Shown: positions 1-13,084 of the stretch, one piece after another | Layout: the number at the start of each line of letters is the position of its first letter | How positions within the stretch are numbered: the first letter of the stretch is position 1 | Notes under the pieces: model-generated | What the model saw: only the letters and a program-made list of their open reading frames with translations | Databases searched by the model: none | Told to the model about the DNA's origin: nothing | Assembly (NCBI GenBank): GCA_024137785.1 | Contig: JAHRHZ010000027.1 | Location: forward strand, 164,368 to 228,367 | Direction of reading: 5' to 3' | From: Ginglymostoma cirratum | Taxonomy: Eukaryota | DNA: 64,000 nt | Made by a program: the position numbers and the translations under genes

Positions 1-444
1 CAGCATCTGCAGTACCTTTTATCTCAGTCAGGGGTAATTCAGAATGAGCAACAAAAGCTGGATAACAAAGAATAAACGATAAAGAATTAACACTTTAATT
101 ATTGCAGAAATGGTTCACTTAAAAGCAAGCCACGTCGTCTGTGTACTCCGTGGAAGTGGGAGCCTCAGTTGTCTGCCTCATGGATCCTTACAGTTCAGAC
201 AATGGGAAATCACTGGCAGGTTATGTGTCTGTGGATGAGGTTTCACATTATTTCTGAAAGCTCAGAAAACGGAAACCAAGAGGGTGGAATGGAACACAGC
301 CAATATCAGCAAGCCACAGCTCCATGTGAAACTCATGGTTTTAAAAATTGGGATATCTGGTTTGTTGTTACCAGCCCAAATCTTTCACAAAATCCAGATG
401 TAACACATCACCTCTCAGATTCGGGAGATAAAGTAAGTGAGGCC

Positions 445-1283
445 ATCTATATGTGGAACCACACGAGATTGGAGAGATATTAAACGTATTCTTAGCGTCA
501 GCTTTTACTGCAGAGAAACACAAGGAGGTTAGGAAATTCGAGAAAAAACACATTGATGCCTTGCAAACAGTTCATATTGCAGAAGGGGAAGTGCTAGAAG
601 TCGAAAAACGTAAAGGCAGATAAATCTGGGAACTGATCAGTTCTATCTCAGGACATTGTGGGAAGTTAAGGAAGAAATTGTGGGACCCCTAGCAGAGATA
701 TTCGTGTCATCCACAGCCACGGCTGAGGTGCTACAGGCCTGGAGGCTGGCTAATGTTGTGCCTTAATTTGAGAAAAGATGTAAGAAGACTGGGAACTATA
801 GGCCTGTGAGTCTGGTATCAGTGGTGGGTAAATTGTTGGAGAAGGTTCTGAGAGATAGAATTTACATGCATTTAGAGAGGGAAGGATTAGGGATAGTGCA
901 TGGGAAATCGTGCCTTACAAACTTGCTGGTGTTTTTTGGAGGACGTAAACAAATCATTGATGAGGGCAGAGCAATGAACATTGTCTACATTGACAATTTT
1001 CCTCATGTTAGACGAATGAGTAAAGTTAGAATACATGGGATTCAGGATGATCCTGTAAATTAGATAAAAATTTGGCTAACAGCTGGAAACAGAGGGTGGT
1101 GTTGGAGGGTTGTGTTTCAGCCTTGTGGCTTGTGGCCAGTGGCATTTCACAGTGATTGGGATAATCTATATGATTGATTTGGATGAGAGTCAAGGAGGAA
1201 TGGTTTGTAAGTTTATGGATGACACCAAAATTGATGGCATGGTCAACAGTGGAGAAGATTATCTAAGATTAAAACGGGATCTT
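445..1283 (+). mobile_element. CR1 LINE ORF2 relic, 5' part (resumes at 4229)
   Basis: SLVSVVGKLLEKVLRDRI, GKSCLTNL, KFMDDTKI reverse transcriptase motifs; frameshifted. Confidence 0.9.
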
Positions 1284-4228
1284 AGAACAAAGAACGTAGA
1301 ACAAAGAACAGTACAGCACAGTACAGGTCCTTCGGCCCATGATGTTGTGCTGTACTTTTACCCTAAATCTAAGCTCTATCTAACCTCCACTCCTACATTA
1401 TACTATCATCCATATGCCTATCTAATAGCAGCTTAAATGCCCCTAATGAGGCCGATTCCACTACCATCTCCGGCAATGCATTGCACGCCCCTACCACACT
1501 CTGAGTAAAGAGCCTACCTCTGACGTCTCCCCTCTCTCTACCTCCACTCACTTTAAAACTATGCCCCCTCGGAATAGCTACCTCCACCCTAGGAACAATT
1601 CTCTGGCTGTCCACTCTATCTGTACCTCTGATCATTTGGTACACCTATATCAAGTCACCTCTCACCATTCGTCGTTCGAAAGAGAAAAAGCACTAGCTCT
1701 CTCAACCTTTCCGCGTAAGACCTTTCCCCCATTCCAGGCAACATCCTGGTAAATCTCCTCTGCACCTTTTCTAATGCTTCCACATCTTTCCTGAAATGAG
1801 GCAACCAGAACTGGACACAATACTCCAGATGTGGCTGAACCAGGCTTTTGTGTAGCTGGGGCATAACTTCACGGCTCTTGAAATCAATCCCTCTATTAAG
1901 GAAAGCTAACTCACCGTACGCCTTCTTAACAACTCTATCCACCTGGGTGGCAGCTTTCACGGAAGTGTGGAGATGAACCCCGAGATCTCCCTGTTCCTCC
2001 ACACTGCCAAGAATCTTTCCGTTAACCCTGCATTCAAACTTGTCCTTCCAAAATGAATCACCTCACACTTTTCAGGGTTAAACTCCATCTGCCACTTCTG
2101 AGCCCAGCTCTGCATCCTATCAATGTCCCTTTGTAACCTAGAACAGCCCTCCGCACTATCCACAACTCGACCCACCTTCATATTGTCCGCGAACACACTA
2201 ATCCACCCTTCCACTCCTATATCCAAATCATTTACAAAAATCACAAATAGAAGATGACCCAGAACAGATCCTTGTGGTACACCACTCGTAACTGAGCACC
2301 ATGTTGAATATTTTCCGTCCACTTGCAGCCAATTCTGTATCCAATCTGCCACATTTCCCCCTATCCCATGCCTCCCTACTTTCTGCATGAGCTTACTATG
2401 GGGACCCTTATCAAACACTTTACTCAAATCCATGTATACCACATCCACTGCTCTACATTCATCCACGTGTTTGGTCACCTCTTCAAAGAATTCAATAAGG
2501 TTTAGAGGTCATGAGCTACCCCTCACAAATCCATGATGACTATCACGAATCAAACTGAGCCTATCCAAGTGATCATAAATCCTATTTCTCAGAGCCCTTT
2601 CCATTAATTTGCCCACCATTGAAGTAAAACTATCTGGCCTATAATTTCCGGGGTTACCCCATTCCTTTTTTTGAACAAGGGAACGATGTTTGCCTCTCTC
2701 CAATCTTCCAGCACTATACTTGTGGACAGTGAGAATGAAAAGATCATCGCTAAAGGCCCTGCGATCTCTTCGCTCACTTCCCAAGGAATCCTTGGATAAA
2801 TCCCATAAGGTGTGGGGGCCTTATCTATCTTCAAGTTCCTCAAAATTCCTCGTACATCTTCCTTACTAACATCCAACTCCTCTAGCCTTCCAGCCTGTTT
2901 CACACTGCCCTCCCTTACAACTACGTCCCCCTCAGTTGTGAATACTGAAGAAAAGTATTCATTAAGGACCTCTCCTATCTCTTTAGGCTCTATGCACAAA
3001 TTCCCTTTACAATCCTTGATCGGCCCTATCTAACTCTGGTCATTCTCTTATTCCTCACGTACATGTAAAAAGCCTTGGAGTTTTCCTTGACCCTATCTGC
3101 CAATGTTTTCTCATGCTATAGCTCTCCTAAGCCCTTTCTTCAGCTCCTTCTTGGCTAACTTGTATCCCTCTAGAGCCTTTTCCAATCCTTGTTTCCTAAA
3201 CCTTATATAAGCATCCTTCTTCCTCTTAACTCATCATTCGACCTTTCTCGAGAACCAAGCCTCCCTCACACGACCGCATCATCCCTGCCTGTTAGGGACA
3301 AACATATCGATCACACGCAGTATGCATTCCTTAAACAATCTGCACATTTCTATAGTGCCCTTCCCTGACAGCATCCGTTCCCATTTTTTGCTTCCCAGTT
3401 CCCAATTATAATTACCCTTCCCCCAGTTATAAACCTTACCCTGCTGTATGTACCTATCCTTTTCCATGACTATTGTAAAAGTAACAGAGTTATGATCACT
3501 ACCACCAAAATGCTCCCACCAACAGGTCTAACACATGGCTGGTTCATTGCCAAGCACCAAATCCAAAGTGGCCTCTTCTCGTGTTGGTCTATCTATATAC
3601 TGTGTCAGGAATCCTTCTTGAATTCACTGGACAAACTCCGCTCCATCTACACTATTACAACTAAAAAGTTTCCAATCAATATTTGGAAAGTTGAAGTCAC
3701 TCATGACTACAACCCTGTAACTTATGCACCTTTCCAGTATCTGCTTCCCAATCTGCAACTCCACTTCTCTGCAACTATTAGAGGGTCTGTAAAAAAATAC
3801 CCCAGCAAAGTGACTGCTCCTTTCTTGTTCCTGATCTCAACCCAAACTGACTCTGTCGACGTATCATTCTTGAACTGCCTTTCAGTAGCTGCTCTATTAG
3901 CCCTGACTAGCAATGCCACTCTGCTGCCTCTTTTACCATCCTCCTTATTTCTTTTAAAGCATCTAAATTCCAGAACTTCCAACAACCATTCCTGTCCCTG
4001 AGTTACCCAAGTTTCTGTAATGGCCACAACTTCGTGGTACCAATTACTGACCCACGCTGTAAGTTAATCTGCGTTATTTCTGATACTTCTAGTGTTGAAG
4101 TATACACACTTCAAACCATCCCTGTGTTCACAATTACGCTCCATCTACTGCATTTCTTTATTAACAACCTCACTCCCTGTTGTGTCTGTTGGAAGGCTGA
4201 GTACCTCATCCCTTGGATTACAAATCCA
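1284..4228 (-). mobile_element. Younger CR1 LINE (endonuclease plus RT) nested in the older CR1
   Basis: AITETW endonuclease motif, SGVPQGSVLG, FADNMKV, LEYCVQFW; AGAACAA-type tandem tail; GATCTT direct repeat at 1278-1283 and 4229-4234. Confidence 0.92.
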
Positions 4229-5075
4229 GATCTTGATCAATTATACCAATGAACTGAGGAATGGCAAATGAAGTTTAATTTTGATAAATACGAGGTATAG
4301 GATTTTGCTGAAACAAACAAGGGCAGTGATTATACAGTTAATGGTAGGACCCTGGGAAGTGTTGTCAAACACAGAGATCTAGAGTCTCAAGTTCATAATT
4401 ATTTGAAATTTGCATCACCTGGAGACAGGGTGGTTGAGAAAGCATTTAGCACACTTGCCGACATTGGTCAGGCCATTGAGTTGGAACGTTATGTTGAGAT
4501 GGTATAGGACGTCGGTGGGGCCTCTATTGGATTACTGTGAACAGTTCTATCCACCCTGCTATAGGAAGGTTATTATAAAATTAGAGAAGGTTCACCAAAG
4601 ATTTACCAGGATGTTGCCGTGACTGGAGGTTTTGAGTTGTTAGGATAGGCTGGAAAGGCTGGGACATTTTCCAATGGAGCGTAGGAGGTTGAGGGGTGAA
4701 CTTACAGAGGTTTATAAAATCATGAGGGGTATAAATAAGGTAAATAGCAAAGGTATTTTTACCCTAGTGTGGGAGACTTCACAGTGAGAGGGCATATTTT
4801 AAAGGTAAGGTAAGGTGACAAAGATGTAAAAGGGACCTGAGAGGCAACTTTTTTCACACACTGGATGGTTCATGTGTGGAATAAAATGCCAGAGAACATG
4901 ATAGATGAAGGCACAGTTACAACATTTAAAAGACATTTCGATACGTATATGATTAGGAAATGTTGAGTGGAATAACGGCCAAACACTGGCAGGTGGGGCT
5001 AGTTTCTTTTGAGAAACTTGTTTAACATGAACATATGAAACAGAAGGCTCTATTTCTGTGCTGTCTGACCTTGTG
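4229..5075 (+). mobile_element. CR1 LINE relic, 3' part
   Basis: LDYCEQF, QRFTRMLP and CR1 3' UTR; continuous with 445-1283 by comparison to the uninterrupted stretch around 16945. Confidence 0.88.
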
Positions 5076-5164
5076 ACACTTGGATGTGACAGTGAAGGTC
5101 TTCGTATTCGGGTTTTTGATTTTTCACATGCAGTCAGTTTTATAATAATTGTTTCTTCGCAAAG

Positions 5165-5488
5165 AAAATGTCTCTTTTCCTGAACTTTAATTTTAATCAC
5201 AACCAATTATCTCATGTTCTGGGGACTCAGTGACAATGTCGTGTGAATCTGCCCGGGAATCCCTCCCCATTCACTACACATCGTCTGAGAAGGCCCCATC
5301 TCAAGATTCAAAGATCTCTGACACCAATAAACTGGATCTACATTGTCAATCCATCACACAGCAACATCATCAATATTACTGCACAGCCTCAAATACTCAG
5401 GGAGCAAAATCCAGTGAAATTGTTCATGTGTCATTTGCCAGGGGAGCAGAGAGAAGCTGTAGTGAGATGATATAAACCAGTAGCATCA
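5165..5488 (+). pseudogene. Gene A: pseudogenised C2 Ig exon, paralog of 12761-13084
   Basis: Same 324-nt length and near-identical core sequence; in-frame TAA at 5188, 5194 and 5473; core Trp TGG>TCG; AG acceptor and GTAAGT donor retained. Confidence 0.9.
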
Positions 5489-5659
5489 GTAAGTTTTTTT
5501 ACAGACACTGAGGTTGATTAATTCATTTCATGGCTATTCAAACTGTTCAATTGTTAAGTTTCTTTCATCACACGATTAACTGCACCTCATCACATTATGT
5601 CACTTTCATTTTTTAACAATTTTGAACAAAGCAATGATTCATTTTTGAAAATAGATGCT

Positions 5660-6060
5660 AGATGGAACTGGAGGAGCAGCAACTCATATTCCACCTCAGA
5701 AGCCTCCGCCCAATGGCCTAAATATGGATTTTACCAATCTCCCCAGCCCCGGCCTCATCCCATGACCAATCCTCCCTCTCATCCCCACCTCCTTGTCTTT
5801 ACAAAACCTGTCCATCTTCCCTCCTACCTATATGCCCCTCCCACATCACTGACCAATCCCCACCACTCTCTACCTGCACTCAACTATCACCATCCCACCT
5901 ACCTTCACCAGCCCCACCTCTCCTCTCTCTATTTATTTCCCAGCTCCCTTTCCCCTCCATACCATTTCTGAAGAAGGGTCCCAACCCGATATGTCAACTT
6001 TCCTGCTCCTCTGATGCTGCCTGGCCTGCTGTGTTCCTCCAGCTCCACACCGTGTTATCT
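5660..6060 (+). mobile_element. Penelope-like element 3' fragment with decayed hammerhead
   Basis: Reads LEEQQLIFHL, C-rich tract, then CTGAAGAagggtcccaacccGATATGTC and the shared terminal sequence. Confidence 0.75.
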
Positions 6061-6242
6061 TTAAATTATGTTGAAGTTATGTCACTACGACATCTCTCCA
6101 GAAAGCGGGAGTTGTCAACAAATGAATTCAACAAAATCTATTTTTCACAAAAAACCCTGAGGTTCCATTTGTGAAGAGTTCTCTCTTGGTTCTCTGTAAG
6201 TGAGACTCAGGTGAAGCCGAATATTATCTGATCCCTCAATAG

Positions 6243-6324
6243 GAAGTGAATATATTTATGAAGTCTCTTCAACAGCATTGCCAACATCGGCACCAACAAT
6301 AACACAAATATCTTTATGATCCAA
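6243..6324 (+). pseudogene. Gene A: stalk exon relic SEYIYEVSSTALPTSAPTITQISL*
   Basis: Aligns with exon 17826 and its upstream intron; Cys>Tyr; TGA at 6317; weak GTCTGT donor in phase 2. Confidence 0.7.
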
Positions 6325-7170
6325 GTCTGTCAGTAAAAAGTAGAACATTTTCATTGTCGATATTCCCATCAGCATTGATTCCAAGTGATAACATGTCATT
6401 TTGCATAAAAGTTTTCAAGAATTTCCAATTTCAGGCTATAATTTATCAGAATGGAGATGGTGCCTGATTTTATACGATGCTATCCCGTTACCTTCCTGAC
6501 TATGTTGCTGTTCATAAAATTGGAAATCTATGATCGAAAGTAACAATTTTCTGTTTGTCACCTCGCAGATTCGAGTGCAGTTTTCACCATTAAAGTTAAA
6601 TGCTTTATTATTGATCTCTGCTCATGGTGTTGTAGTTTTCAAAGCAAAGAAATGGCAGTTTTTGAACACTCAGGGCATTCTGCAGTATCACTGACAGGGA
6701 CATAACATTCTCCGTCATCTTCTCTTCCTCAGATCTGCAGAGTTACATCTTGTTCTCAAACTGAGAGGGTGAAAGGCTGTCTGGTTCCAGCTGGTTCAGA
6801 CTTGCCTGTTAGAAAGTGCAAGGAGCACTGTGGGATGATGCTATTCTGAGTTTCTTACTCACTGACTAGACCCTCACCGTTGTAATATTGTACCAGAAAT
6901 GTCCAGCTATTTAAGATATAATGATCAAGCATAACTTTATGATGTGCAATACATCATGCTCCTGAACCTTGTTTCAACTCACCTTTATCTATTGCTCATG
7001 TCATTCAGAAATTAAACTGTAGTTCAATTTCCCCACTTAACTCTCTGAGCTGTGCAACTTTACTTGGCGACAATAAACTAAGATTGTAGTGTAAACAACG
7101 GATAAATGTTTGAAACATGAAGCAGACTTGTTTCCCACAAATGGTTTTGTATTTTGTCCAGTTTGCCCAG

Positions 7171-7261
7171 TTGCGTTGTCTGGAATGTGACACACTGGGT
7201 GCTCCTCACTCTCCTGGTGATTAGTTCTGTTTCTGTCACAGTGTATATGAGAAAACATTAG
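7171..7261 (+). pseudogene. Gene A: activating-type TM exon CVVWNVTHWVLLTLLVISSVSVTVYMRKH*
   Basis: cccag acceptor (in-frame alternative at 7162), hydrophobic run, W-x3-[H]-W aligning with W-x3-R-W of gene C; TAG followed immediately by GTGAGT. Confidence 0.75.
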
Positions 7262-7319
7262 GTGAGTATCAAGGCCTTTACAAGAATAATTCTGAGTTCT
7301 CTAAGTTCTCCATCAATGA

Positions 7320-7980
7320 GATGCCCCTGGATGGAGATGTTTCCGAGGCAGAAGGCACAGTTTGAAGAGAATGGATTGACCGTTTGAGACTGAGATGAGA
7401 AGGAATTCCTTCGCTTAGAGGGTGATGATTTGTTGGAATTCTCTGCCCCAGAGAGCTCTGGAGGCTATAGCTTTGAATATACTCAAAACAGAAGTCAATA
7501 CATTTCTAGCTAAAAAAGATATTGATGGACATGGGAAGAGGTTTGTGAGAAGATTTTGAGTATGACTGGTCCTGTACCCATTGGAATCGAGAAGAATGAG
7601 AGATTAGCTTATTGAAACTTGCAAGGCATGATGGGAAAATGCAGACCGCATGTTTCCCCTTGTGGGTGAAACTTGGACCAGAGGGCATCATCACAGATGA
7701 TACATACATTTCAGTTCGAGATGAGGAGAATTTTTTTTACATTTCTGAGATTGTTGTGAATCTGTAGAATTAGTTGCCAAAGAGGATTGATGAGGCTCTG
7801 CCATTAATTACACTCAAGGCTGAGATAGACAGGTTTTTAATCAGTCAGTGAATCAAGAGTTATGGGAAAAGGTAGGAAAATGGGGCTGAGGATTATGAGA
7901 TCAGCCATGATCCAGTTGAATGGCAGAGCAGACATGATGGGCTGAATGGCGCAGTTTTGCTCCAATGTCTTATGCCTTCA
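7320..7980 (+). mobile_element. Two CR1 3' end fragments
   Basis: gagatgagaaggaattc...gtggaattctctgcc-type CR1 3' motifs occur twice. Confidence 0.7.
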
Positions 7981-8447
7981 CCTATTTCCTCTGTCACCTG
8001 ATCACCAGCACAACTACAGGGAAACGTTAACTCTCTGTGATACAATGATCTTCGACATGTACAAGCGCTGCTGATCTGTATTAGTTTCGCAGAACGTGTA
8101 CAATGGGGAAGGAGGAATTTATCACAAGTTTTCATTATTTAATTGCCATGTCCACAATTCGAATCAAAACTAACATGAAAAATAAGGCATCAGACTCTGT
8201 CTCAGTGTTTCTGATGTTTCTTTCCAGTTCCTCATTGAATCTGATGCTCTCAGCTCAACCAAAATGGAAAAGTGCAGATTCCCTGCTCCTGTGTCATTTG
8301 TTGGATATTTGCATCTTGTTTGAATATTCATGTTCTATCTCACATTGGACATTTCTGTGTGAGAAAAGAGATCTTGTCATGAAATGATTTTGGATTAATG
8401 TAATGGGAAAAGAACAAAAAACTGAAATGATCACTGTAACCACCACC

Positions 8448-8537
8448 TGCTCCTATGATGCTGCTTGACCTGCTGTGTTCATCCAGCCCCATGCTTGTTA
8501 TCTCGGATTCTCCAGCATCTGCAGTACCTTTTATCTC
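8448..8537 (+). mobile_element. Penelope-like terminal fragment
   Basis: Near-identical to 29589-29681 and 51551-51643, ending cagcatctgcagtaccttttatctc (also at 1-25). Confidence 0.8.
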
Positions 8538-9777
8538 TGATACATCTGATTACTGTTTGTTTGTGCAATGTAACATTGTAACAATGTAAAATTGCACAAG
8601 TTCAGGTCATGCAATGGTTTGTCTCAGAAGAACAGTCATTTGCAAACAGCTGAGTGCCCATCCAACAGGATGTGGCTTTGACACTGAGCAAGTCACTTTA
8701 CAGGATCCCTGACAATTTGATCAGATATTCTTCACCTTGTTCATAAGAGCTGCATTCACTGTTGCATCACGGAATCTGCTTTTTGAATCTTGTCATATTT
8801 TTCCAACTGATTCTACAGTGCCCATATCATAAGGGGCTGGGAGGTCTCTGCTCTCTATTTCTGACACTCAGACATTGGTGACCTCAAGGCAGTGGGGTTT
8901 CATCCACATTGGGGTAATAACCCCCAAATGTTTCCAAGTGTTCTACAAGTAGTTTACCCAATGTATTGTTTCTATTTCCCAGACAGAGCATTGCGATGGT
9001 CCTCACAGTTTCAGTCTCTGGGTAACATCTCCCGTGACTCTACTTCCATATTAAGCATTAAGGTGGGAGCACTGCCTTCAGCATTGTGGGTAGGGGTTAG
9101 CAGGGTTAATGAAGGGTATCAGTCCCTTTGATTTTCTCAAAGGTGAAACCCCGCATGATTCACCAGACTCACTCATCGTCAACCATGTCCTGGGAAATAC
9201 AAAGCCCCATGTTCACCAGAGGGAACCTCACCTTGGAATTGAAGCTCACTCCCAGTTACTCAATCACAGTTCACTTCTCCCAGAATTGTCTCTCCGTCAG
9301 TTGAGTTCTTTTTTCTGCCTGAAATCAGCCTTATTAATTGTTTACTGGGGTCTTGTGGAAACGGAGCAGAGAGTGTCCTTCTCCTGCACATCCAGGAGTT
9401 CAGATCCTGACACAATAATTATTCAGCCCTCACAACAGGAGGCACATTCTGCAAAAAAACACAAAATATTCAAAACAATTCTATTTTTAACTGCAGGATT
9501 AATTTTTACAAAAGAAACCTGTATTTGTCAAAAACTGTTTGTTGCAATTTTCTAACATGGGAGAATGAGCCAGTTGTCGTTCACCTGAGAATTCAGTCTA
9601 AATACTGAGCTTCAGTCACTATGATCCTGAGCATCTGGCTCTTCAACTGTCTTGATTTCAGAATCTTTTATTCATTTGATGAAAATTAGTTTAGTTCTTC
9701 TGTTAAGCATAACTGACAGGACAAAAATTTCTTCAGGCTTAAATTGCATCATCTGGCGTACTGTAGTTTCAGAAGTT

Positions 9778-9803
9778 GGCTTCCTGCACTCTCTTCCTCA
9801 TTT
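9778..9803 (-). promoter_or_regulatory. ETS/PU.1-like sites in the proximal promoter of gene B
   Basis: cttcctg and ctcttcctcattt (reverse complement AAATGAGGAAGAG) about 100-120 nt upstream of the ATG; no obvious TATA box. Motif match only. Confidence 0.4.
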
Positions 9804-9897
9804 ACATTCTTGTAGACATTGCATTACACACTTATTTCACTGTGAGAAACAAGAGCTGTGTGACTGACATCAAGAACTGGTCTTTGTGAATAACACG

Positions 9898-9934
9898 ATG
9901 TGGACTTTGCTTCTCCTCATTTGTTCCATTCCCG
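9898..9934 (+). CDS. Gene B exon 1: signal peptide MWTLLLLICSIP of a CD300/pIgR-like (MDIR-like) inhibitory receptor
   Basis: ATG in acgATG context, hydrophobic leader, G|GTGAGT donor (phase 1) joining in frame to the V exon to give ...IP-VSGA-LW, a plausible signal cleavage region. Confidence 0.85.
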
Positions 9935-11376
9935 GTGAGTGACCATCTGAGATGTTTATTCCAATAATTAATATTTATTAAAGTCTACTGTCTGGTTTAT
10001 ACAGTATAGAGATGTTTGCATATTTGGAGACATGCAAAAGCACAAAGGAACATCTTGTTGACACAGCAGGTAACATCTTTATTGCAGTGACAAATGCTGA
10101 GAGTTCGATTCTTTCTCCAGCACACTTTCCAAAGGAATGTGCATTCTCACAAAGCCAAACAGGTTCATCATCAACCTGCAAATTTTTCCAACGTGCCCAT
10201 GGCAGGGAGCGATATTGGATGAGATTCCAGGTCAGCTTTATCCAGTGCAGTGTGATACCCCTCAAAATACACAAACTGGTCTGAGGCTGGTGACCTGTTC
10301 CAGGAAGAACAAACTGCAGAAAACAGAAGCACCATGTGCTTTGACTGAGGTTCAAATGAAAAAATGTAAAAATACATGAAGAGCATCAGGAAATGTTATA
10401 TCTTCTTCTGAAAATATGATAATATCACAAGACTGTTACCAAATACTTTACAGCTGCATCATTAATTATGAATAAAATAAAGAAAAGGACAGCATGATGT
10501 TTTTTAAAGTGATTCAAACAGCATCATCAGTTGAACTGGTCCAAAGTTTTAAATGTTCAATATACACTGAAAACTGGTGAGGTAGTAAGCTGTCAATCTA
10601 AACATCTTGGGTTTGCTTTCATTTCTTTCACTGTGATGGAACAATTAATTCAATATTGTTTTGCAAGGTTGTGTCAGAAAAGAAGATGGTTTGTTTATAT
10701 TTCTCTTCCCATAAGAAGGCTATTTCCTTTCTGTCTTTAACTTGAACAAAGTTCTTTCATGTCCATCAATTATCACAATTGTAATTGGAACACTGCAATC
10801 ACATTATTGTTCAATATTGCCACTTCCCCTTCGTTTATAATGAAGCAGAGATGAACACGCAAAGTATTAAAGTTCCCAGGGCCGCAGCTCAGTGAAATAT
10901 TACAGGAAATCTTTCTGCAACAGATTGAGGCTCAAGCTCACCAATTTCATGCAGAATACTTTACAGACAGAAAACCGACGTGTGCCTCTGTGTGTTCAGC
11001 AATCCTCTTCAAGACTTCCTTTTTCAATAAGAACTCGAATTCGTGACTTCCATCAGCTTTAATTGTTCATGCATTTTCCCCCTTTCTCCTTACCTCTCAA
11101 CCACTTCATTTTATTTTAAAATCCTTTCTTTCGTTTCGGTTGAGAATTGTTTCCCACGCTATCATATCTTTTGAAGTAAAGTTTATCCAATCATCAACAG
11201 GCTGCCCCTCTTCTACACCAGGACACAATGTGGCAGCAATTTAAACATTTTCTCATGAAGTATCTCTCCAGAAAAATCAGTAAATTCCTTCTGTTATTTT
11301 ACTATCCTTGCACTGATAGCAATGTTTGATTTCAAATAATCCTGCCTTTACTGCCCTCAAGGTTCTGCACATTGAC

Positions 11377-11730
11377 CATAGATCATAGAATCCCCACAGT
11401 GTGGAAACTTGCCATTCGGCCCAACAACTCCACAACAACCCTTTGAGCAGCGTCCCAGTCCCATTCCGCTCCCCTATCCCTCTAGCCCTGCATTTCCCGT
11501 GGCTAATGCACCAAACCTACTCACCCCTGAACATTATGGGCAAATTAGCATGGCCAATCCACCGAACTTGCACATCTTTCGACTGTGGGCGGACACAGGA
11601 GCATCCAATGGTAACCCACACAGACACAAGGAGAACGTGCAAACTTCACACACGGTTGCTTGAGATTGGTAAAGGAACAGGGTCCCTGGCGCTGTGAGGC
11701 ATCAGTGCAAAACATTGAGCCACTGTGCCA
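11377..11730 (-). mobile_element. HE1-like tRNA-derived SINE in intron 1 of gene B
   Basis: Reverse strand starts tggcacagtggctcaatg...tcacagcgccagggacc and ends in a CR1-like gattctatgatctatg tail; another copy at about 18722-19055 (+). Confidence 0.82.
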
Positions 11731-12289
11731 TCTGTGATCGAGCTTCACATTTGTGAACCATCCCTTGCTGAACTTCAAATCTCTCCTTTAACTCCTTGAG
11801 GCCTCTCATAATCTTCCTGTGTCACATGTTGCATCTTCCCCTCAAGACCTGGAAATTCAGCCCCTCAGCACACCACGAGTCGACATACTCCCCTCTCCTC
11901 CCTGATTGAAACTCTCCCTCTCCGGTCAGAATAAGAACCCTTCAGCGCCCATAGCCTCCTTCACACTAATCCCCAGCCGACTCCAATCCAGGCCTGACAC
12001 TCAGACTGCTCTTCAGGAGTTACACTTCGATGGTGCCACACACGGTGGACTTAGAGCCAACATTGCTTAACACAAGCCCAATTTCAAGGCTGCCCCAAAA
12101 CTTGACCCATTGGGTATGACTGTTTAAATCATTCCCTGTGAATCTGGAACACTCAGAGGTTCTGATGAGGGTTTATATAAATTATTATCGTCATCATAAA
12201 CTAGATAGAATGTAGCTGATTACAATGTATCCATCCATGTTAAGCACTTCTTTAGAAATTTCCAAATCTCTAAAATATTTTCTCCTCAG

Positions 12290-12610
12290 TTTCAGGTGCT
12301 TTATGGGCAGAGAAAGACGTTATGGGAATTTTGGGAAGAGCGATCACAATACATTGCCACTACGAAGCACGGCGGTACCAGTCACACATTAAATATTGGT
12401 GTCGCGGATGGACTCGTCAGTGTCATGTTATAGCAACAACAAACTGGGCAAATGGGAGAATATCCATCACTGATAACAAAACACAAGGAATATTTCTTGT
12501 TTCAATGAAGAAGCTTCAATGGGGAGATGCAGGATGGTACAGCTGTGGGATTGACAAACCTGGCATTGCCACTGACCCAATGTTTAATGTAAAGCTGCAC
12601 ATCTCAGAAG
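12290..12610 (+). CDS. Gene B exon 2: V-set Ig domain, CD300/pIgR/FcmuR-like
   Basis: tctcctcag acceptor; G-x-A-I-T-I-H-C-H-Y, KYWCRGWTRQC (extra C-C' Cys pair typical of the CD300/pIgR/TREM group), RISITDN, DAGWYSC; GAAG|GTACAT donor; phase 1-1. An in-frame alternative acceptor lies 6 nt downstream. Confidence 0.93.
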
Positions 12611-12760
12611 GTACATATGTCTCACTGATATTATTTCAATTTTTATTTCTGCTGATATGTCTGATCAATACCTTATCCAAGAAACAAGATAACAAAGTGT
12701 TGGAGAGTATTTGATTTTTCGATGGCAGTCGATTTCTCAACAATTGTTTCTTTCCTACAG

Positions 12761-13084
12761 AAACTGTCTCTGTTCCTGAAATTCGATTTTTGTCACAACC
12801 AAATGTCTCATGTTCTGGGGGCTCAGTGAATATCTCCTGTGAGTCTGCCCAGGGATCCCTCCCCATTCACTACACATGGTCTGAGAAGACCCCATCTCAA
12901 GATTCAAAGATCTCTGACACCAATAAACTGGATTTAAATTGTCAATCCTTCACACAGCAAAATCATCAATATTACTGCGCAGCCTCAAATACTCAGGGAA
13001 CAAAATCCAGTGAAATTGTTCATGTGTCAGTCAACAATGTAACAGAGAAGAACTGTTGGTATACAATACACATCGACAGCATCG
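12761..13084 (+). CDS. Gene B exon 3: C2-type Ig domain (FCRL/PECAM-like)
   Basis: tttcctacag acceptor after a 150-nt intron; GGSVNISCESAQGSLPIHYTW...YYCAASN; ATCG|GTAAGT donor; 324 nt, phase 1-1. Confidence 0.92.

Noticed and set aside
12322-12714. ORF-track protein with a hydrophobic C-terminus after the V domain, resembling a single-exon membrane protein
   Set aside because: The tail is read-through into the 150-nt intron past the G|GTACAT donor; an intron-retained isoform cannot be supported without RNA data.
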